A DNA stretch of 64,000 bases. Origin: a virus. Taxonomy: Duplodnaviria; Heunggongvirae; Uroviricota; Caudoviricetes. This document shows positions 62,367 to 64,000 of this stretch, piece by piece (the first letter of the stretch is position 1; every line of letters starts with the position of its first letter). The notes under the pieces are model-generated. The model had not been told where the DNA came from. It ran no database searches and saw only the letters and a list, made by a program, of their open reading frames with translations. Where the stretch lies: the IMG/VR virus record IMGVR_UViG_2556921669_000003, positions 1 to 64,000 of that record, one strand, 5' to 3'. The position numbers and the translations under genes are program-made.

Positions 62367-62414
62367 GTTGCCCGCACAGCCGGGCTTTCACCACACACTA
62401 CGGAGGAGGCCCGC

Positions 62415-64000
62415 GTGGTCGATCTTTCCTATAAACACGGCGTGACGGTCGTCGAAAGCCCGGACACGCCGTCGCTTCTGCGCGCCGTGAATTTCGGCAT
62501 CACGTTCTTCAACGGCACTGCGCCGGATGCTGACGACGCGACCTATCCGCTCAATACCCCGACGCTCGTAACGTCGCTTTCCAAGGCCAGCCTCCTTGGC
62601 GACAGCTACCTCAAGTCGGCGCTGGAAACCTACTTCGGCGAGGGCGGTTCCTATGCGATCGTCAACCGCGTTGCGGTGGGCGCTGACGCGGACGAAACGC
62701 AGGCCAACCTTATTGGTGATGCCTCCGCCAAGACCGGCATCTATGCCGCTCTCCGCGCCAAGGCGCTTCTCAGCTACCAGCCGCGCGTCCTCGTTTCCGA
62801 AGGCGACACCGGCACCTACACCGAGGACGGTGTTGTGTCGGTCACGCTGACCAACAACGGCAACGACTACACGTCTGCGCCGAGCGTCAGCTTCTCCGGT
62901 AGCGGCGACGCCGCGGCAACCGCGACAGTCAACAAGCACCGCGTCTCGGCTATCACGATCGTCAACGCCGGCCAGGACTACGCGACCGCCCCGACGCTTA
63001 CCATTGCCGCTCCGCCGGCTGGCGGCGTGCAGGCCACCGCGACCTGCACCGTGGCCGATGGCGCGATCGACGCCATCACGATCACCAACAAGGGTTCCGG
63101 CTACCTGACCGCTCCGGCCATCACGGTCGAAGGTGGCGGCGGCAACTCGGCAAGCCTGACGGCTGTTCTCGGCGGCCCGCTCACCGGTATCACGGTCACG
63201 GCGGCTGGCGAGAACTACGTATCCACGCCGACGGTCACGATTTCCGGCGGCGGCGGGTCCGGTGCGACGGCCATCGCCAACCTCGGCGACGTGGCAAACG
63301 CCTTCGTCTCTGCCTTCAACACCGTAGCGCCGCAGCTTCGCGCCCGCGCTTATGTGGAAGGCCCGAACACGACTGACGCCGAAGCGGTCCGCTATCGCAA
63401 CACGATCAACGGCGGTCGCGTTCTCGTCATCGACCCGAAGACGTTGAAAAACGTCAACGGAACGCCAGTCATCAAGCCTGTCGCTCCGGTCTTCGCAGGT
63501 GTGCGCGCCCGCGTCGTGGCTTCGGCGGAAGGCGTGTCTGGCTCGGTCTCTAACAAGAGAATCAGGACCATCGACGGCGTCGCCCGCACGGTGCAGTACC
63601 CCGGCGATGCGAACTACCTCAACGAAAACTGCGTCAACACGATCATCAACGAGCGTGGCGGTTTCCGCACCTGGGGTTCGCGTCTCGCGACGGATGACGA
63701 GATCTGGCAGTTCGACTCGGTCCGCGCCACGGCCGACATGATCAACGAGGCGCTTGAAGACCTCTACTTCAAGTACGTGGACCGCAAGTTCACGAAATAC
63801 AACCTCAAGATGATGATCGAGGACGGCAACGCCGCGCTTCGTGTCTTCCAATTCAACGACGACATCCTCGGCGGCCGTGTTTGGCTGTCCGATCTGAACG
63901 AGCCCACGCTCAACGCGCAGGGCAAGGTCTTCCTTGATGTCGAGTTCGAGCCGGTCGGGCTGATGGAGCAGATCCACGTCACGACCTACCGGAACATCGC
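62415..64000 (+). CDS. contractile tail sheath protein (partial, GTG start, runs off the window); contains four tandem inserted repeats of about 30 aa
   Basis: Open plus-strand frame, not on the ORF track; N-terminus VVDLSYKHGVTVVESPDTPS...ITFFNG and C-terminal ...NTIINERGGFRTWGSR... are sheath-like. The track's 62388..63977 ORF is antisense. Confidence 0.7.
   Translation, partial: MVDLSYKHGVTVVESPDTPSLLRAVNFGITFFNGTAPDADDATYPLNTPTLVTSLSKASLLGDSYLKSALETYFGEGGSYAIVNRVAVGADADETQANLIGDASAKTGIYAALRAKALLSYQPRVLVSEGDTGTYTEDGVVSVTLTNNGNDYTSAPSVSFSGSGDAAATATVNKHRVSAITIVNAGQDYATAPTLTIAAPPAGGVQATATCTVADGAIDAITITNKGSGYLTAPAITVEGGGGNSASLTAVLGGPLTGITVTAAGENYVSTPTVTISGGGGSGATAIANLGDVANAFVSAFNTVAPQLRARAYVEGPNTTDAEAVRYRNTINGGRVLVIDPKTLKNVNGTPVIKPVAPVFAGVRARVVASAEGVSGSVSNKRIRTIDGVARTVQYPGDANYLNENCVNTIINERGGFRTWGSRLATDDEIWQFDSVRATADMINEALEDLYFKYVDRKFTKYNLKMMIEDGNAALRVFQFNDDILGGRVWLSDLNEPTLNAQGKVFLDVEFEPVGLMEQIHVTTYRNI

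Noticed and set aside
62388-63977. 529-aa minus-strand ORF (Arg/Asp/Gly-rich)
   Set aside because: Antisense shadow of the tail sheath gene. Other long antisense shadows treated the same way include 23012..24025, 35548..36948, 29291..30364 and 56916..58043.

Overview
This window is a high-GC (alphaproteobacterial-style) temperate prophage with a second integrative element inserted inside its major capsid gene.

Layout of the prophage ('helper'):
- 1..3481: a leftward accessory operon that includes an SPFH/band-7 protein.
- 3612..5990: an immunity region with two S24-family CI-like repressors flanking about 950 bp of ORF-poor, purine-rich DNA, then a PR-like promoter with a TTGACAAATTTGTAAAA operator.
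- 5993..30049: a rightward early/replication region. It encodes a Cro-like HTH, an L7/L12-CTD-like protein, a Sak4-like ATPase, an SSB-like protein, an NTase-fold protein, a beta sliding clamp, a Cas4-like nuclease, an ECF-type sigma factor, a PRTase plus a LOG/SLOG-family pair, an SF2 helicase, a phosphatase, a CcrM-like methyltransferase, a PrimPol/AAA_25 replication protein with an iteron origin, and a VRR-NUC nuclease.
- Around 30776..30851: a tRNA-like element with a CAU anticodon.
- 30869..38295: a lambda-like head module (gpZ-like, TerS, TerL, portal, gpW-like, prohead protease/scaffold, decoration protein, major capsid).
- 52454..64000: a P2/Mu-like contractile-tail module (gpV, gpW, gpJ, gpI, fibers, fiber chaperone, sheath).

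Main finding: the lambda gpE-family major capsid gene is split by a 13.5-kb insertion (38296..51783). The insertion sits in frame and is flanked by the 12-bp direct repeat ACGCATGAGTAT. It carries:
- an AlpA-type Xis at its left end and a tyrosine integrase at its right end;
- its own RepA-like initiator and iteron origin;
- an XRE-family regulator;
- diverged paralogs of helper virion genes: prohead protease, the TerS DNA-binding domain, tail chaperone G/GT, tape measure, gpV and gpZ.
This is a satellite-like 'phage-in-phage' architecture.

Second finding: at least 14 helper early proteins carry an in-frame (A)ANDN motif, and at least 15 end in Ala-Ala. Together this looks like hard-coded mimicry of the alphaproteobacterial SsrA/tmRNA tag.

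Other recurring elements: a repressor-operator promoter present in 4 to 6 copies, a CACCAC-GAGGAGA translation-initiation module, and palindromic operators shared between the satellite's integrase promoter and its regulator promoter.

I count only 60 bases in the 8581 line while the CDS 8614..9435 track requires 61, so the displayed text of that line appears to be missing a base; CDS coordinates therefore follow the supplied ORF track (adjusted by protein offsets), and sites I derived by hand from the printed text may be off by ±1-2 nt, or by up to about 10 nt where a 10-nt block was skipped (three entries are flagged by name under 'Rejected after a second look').
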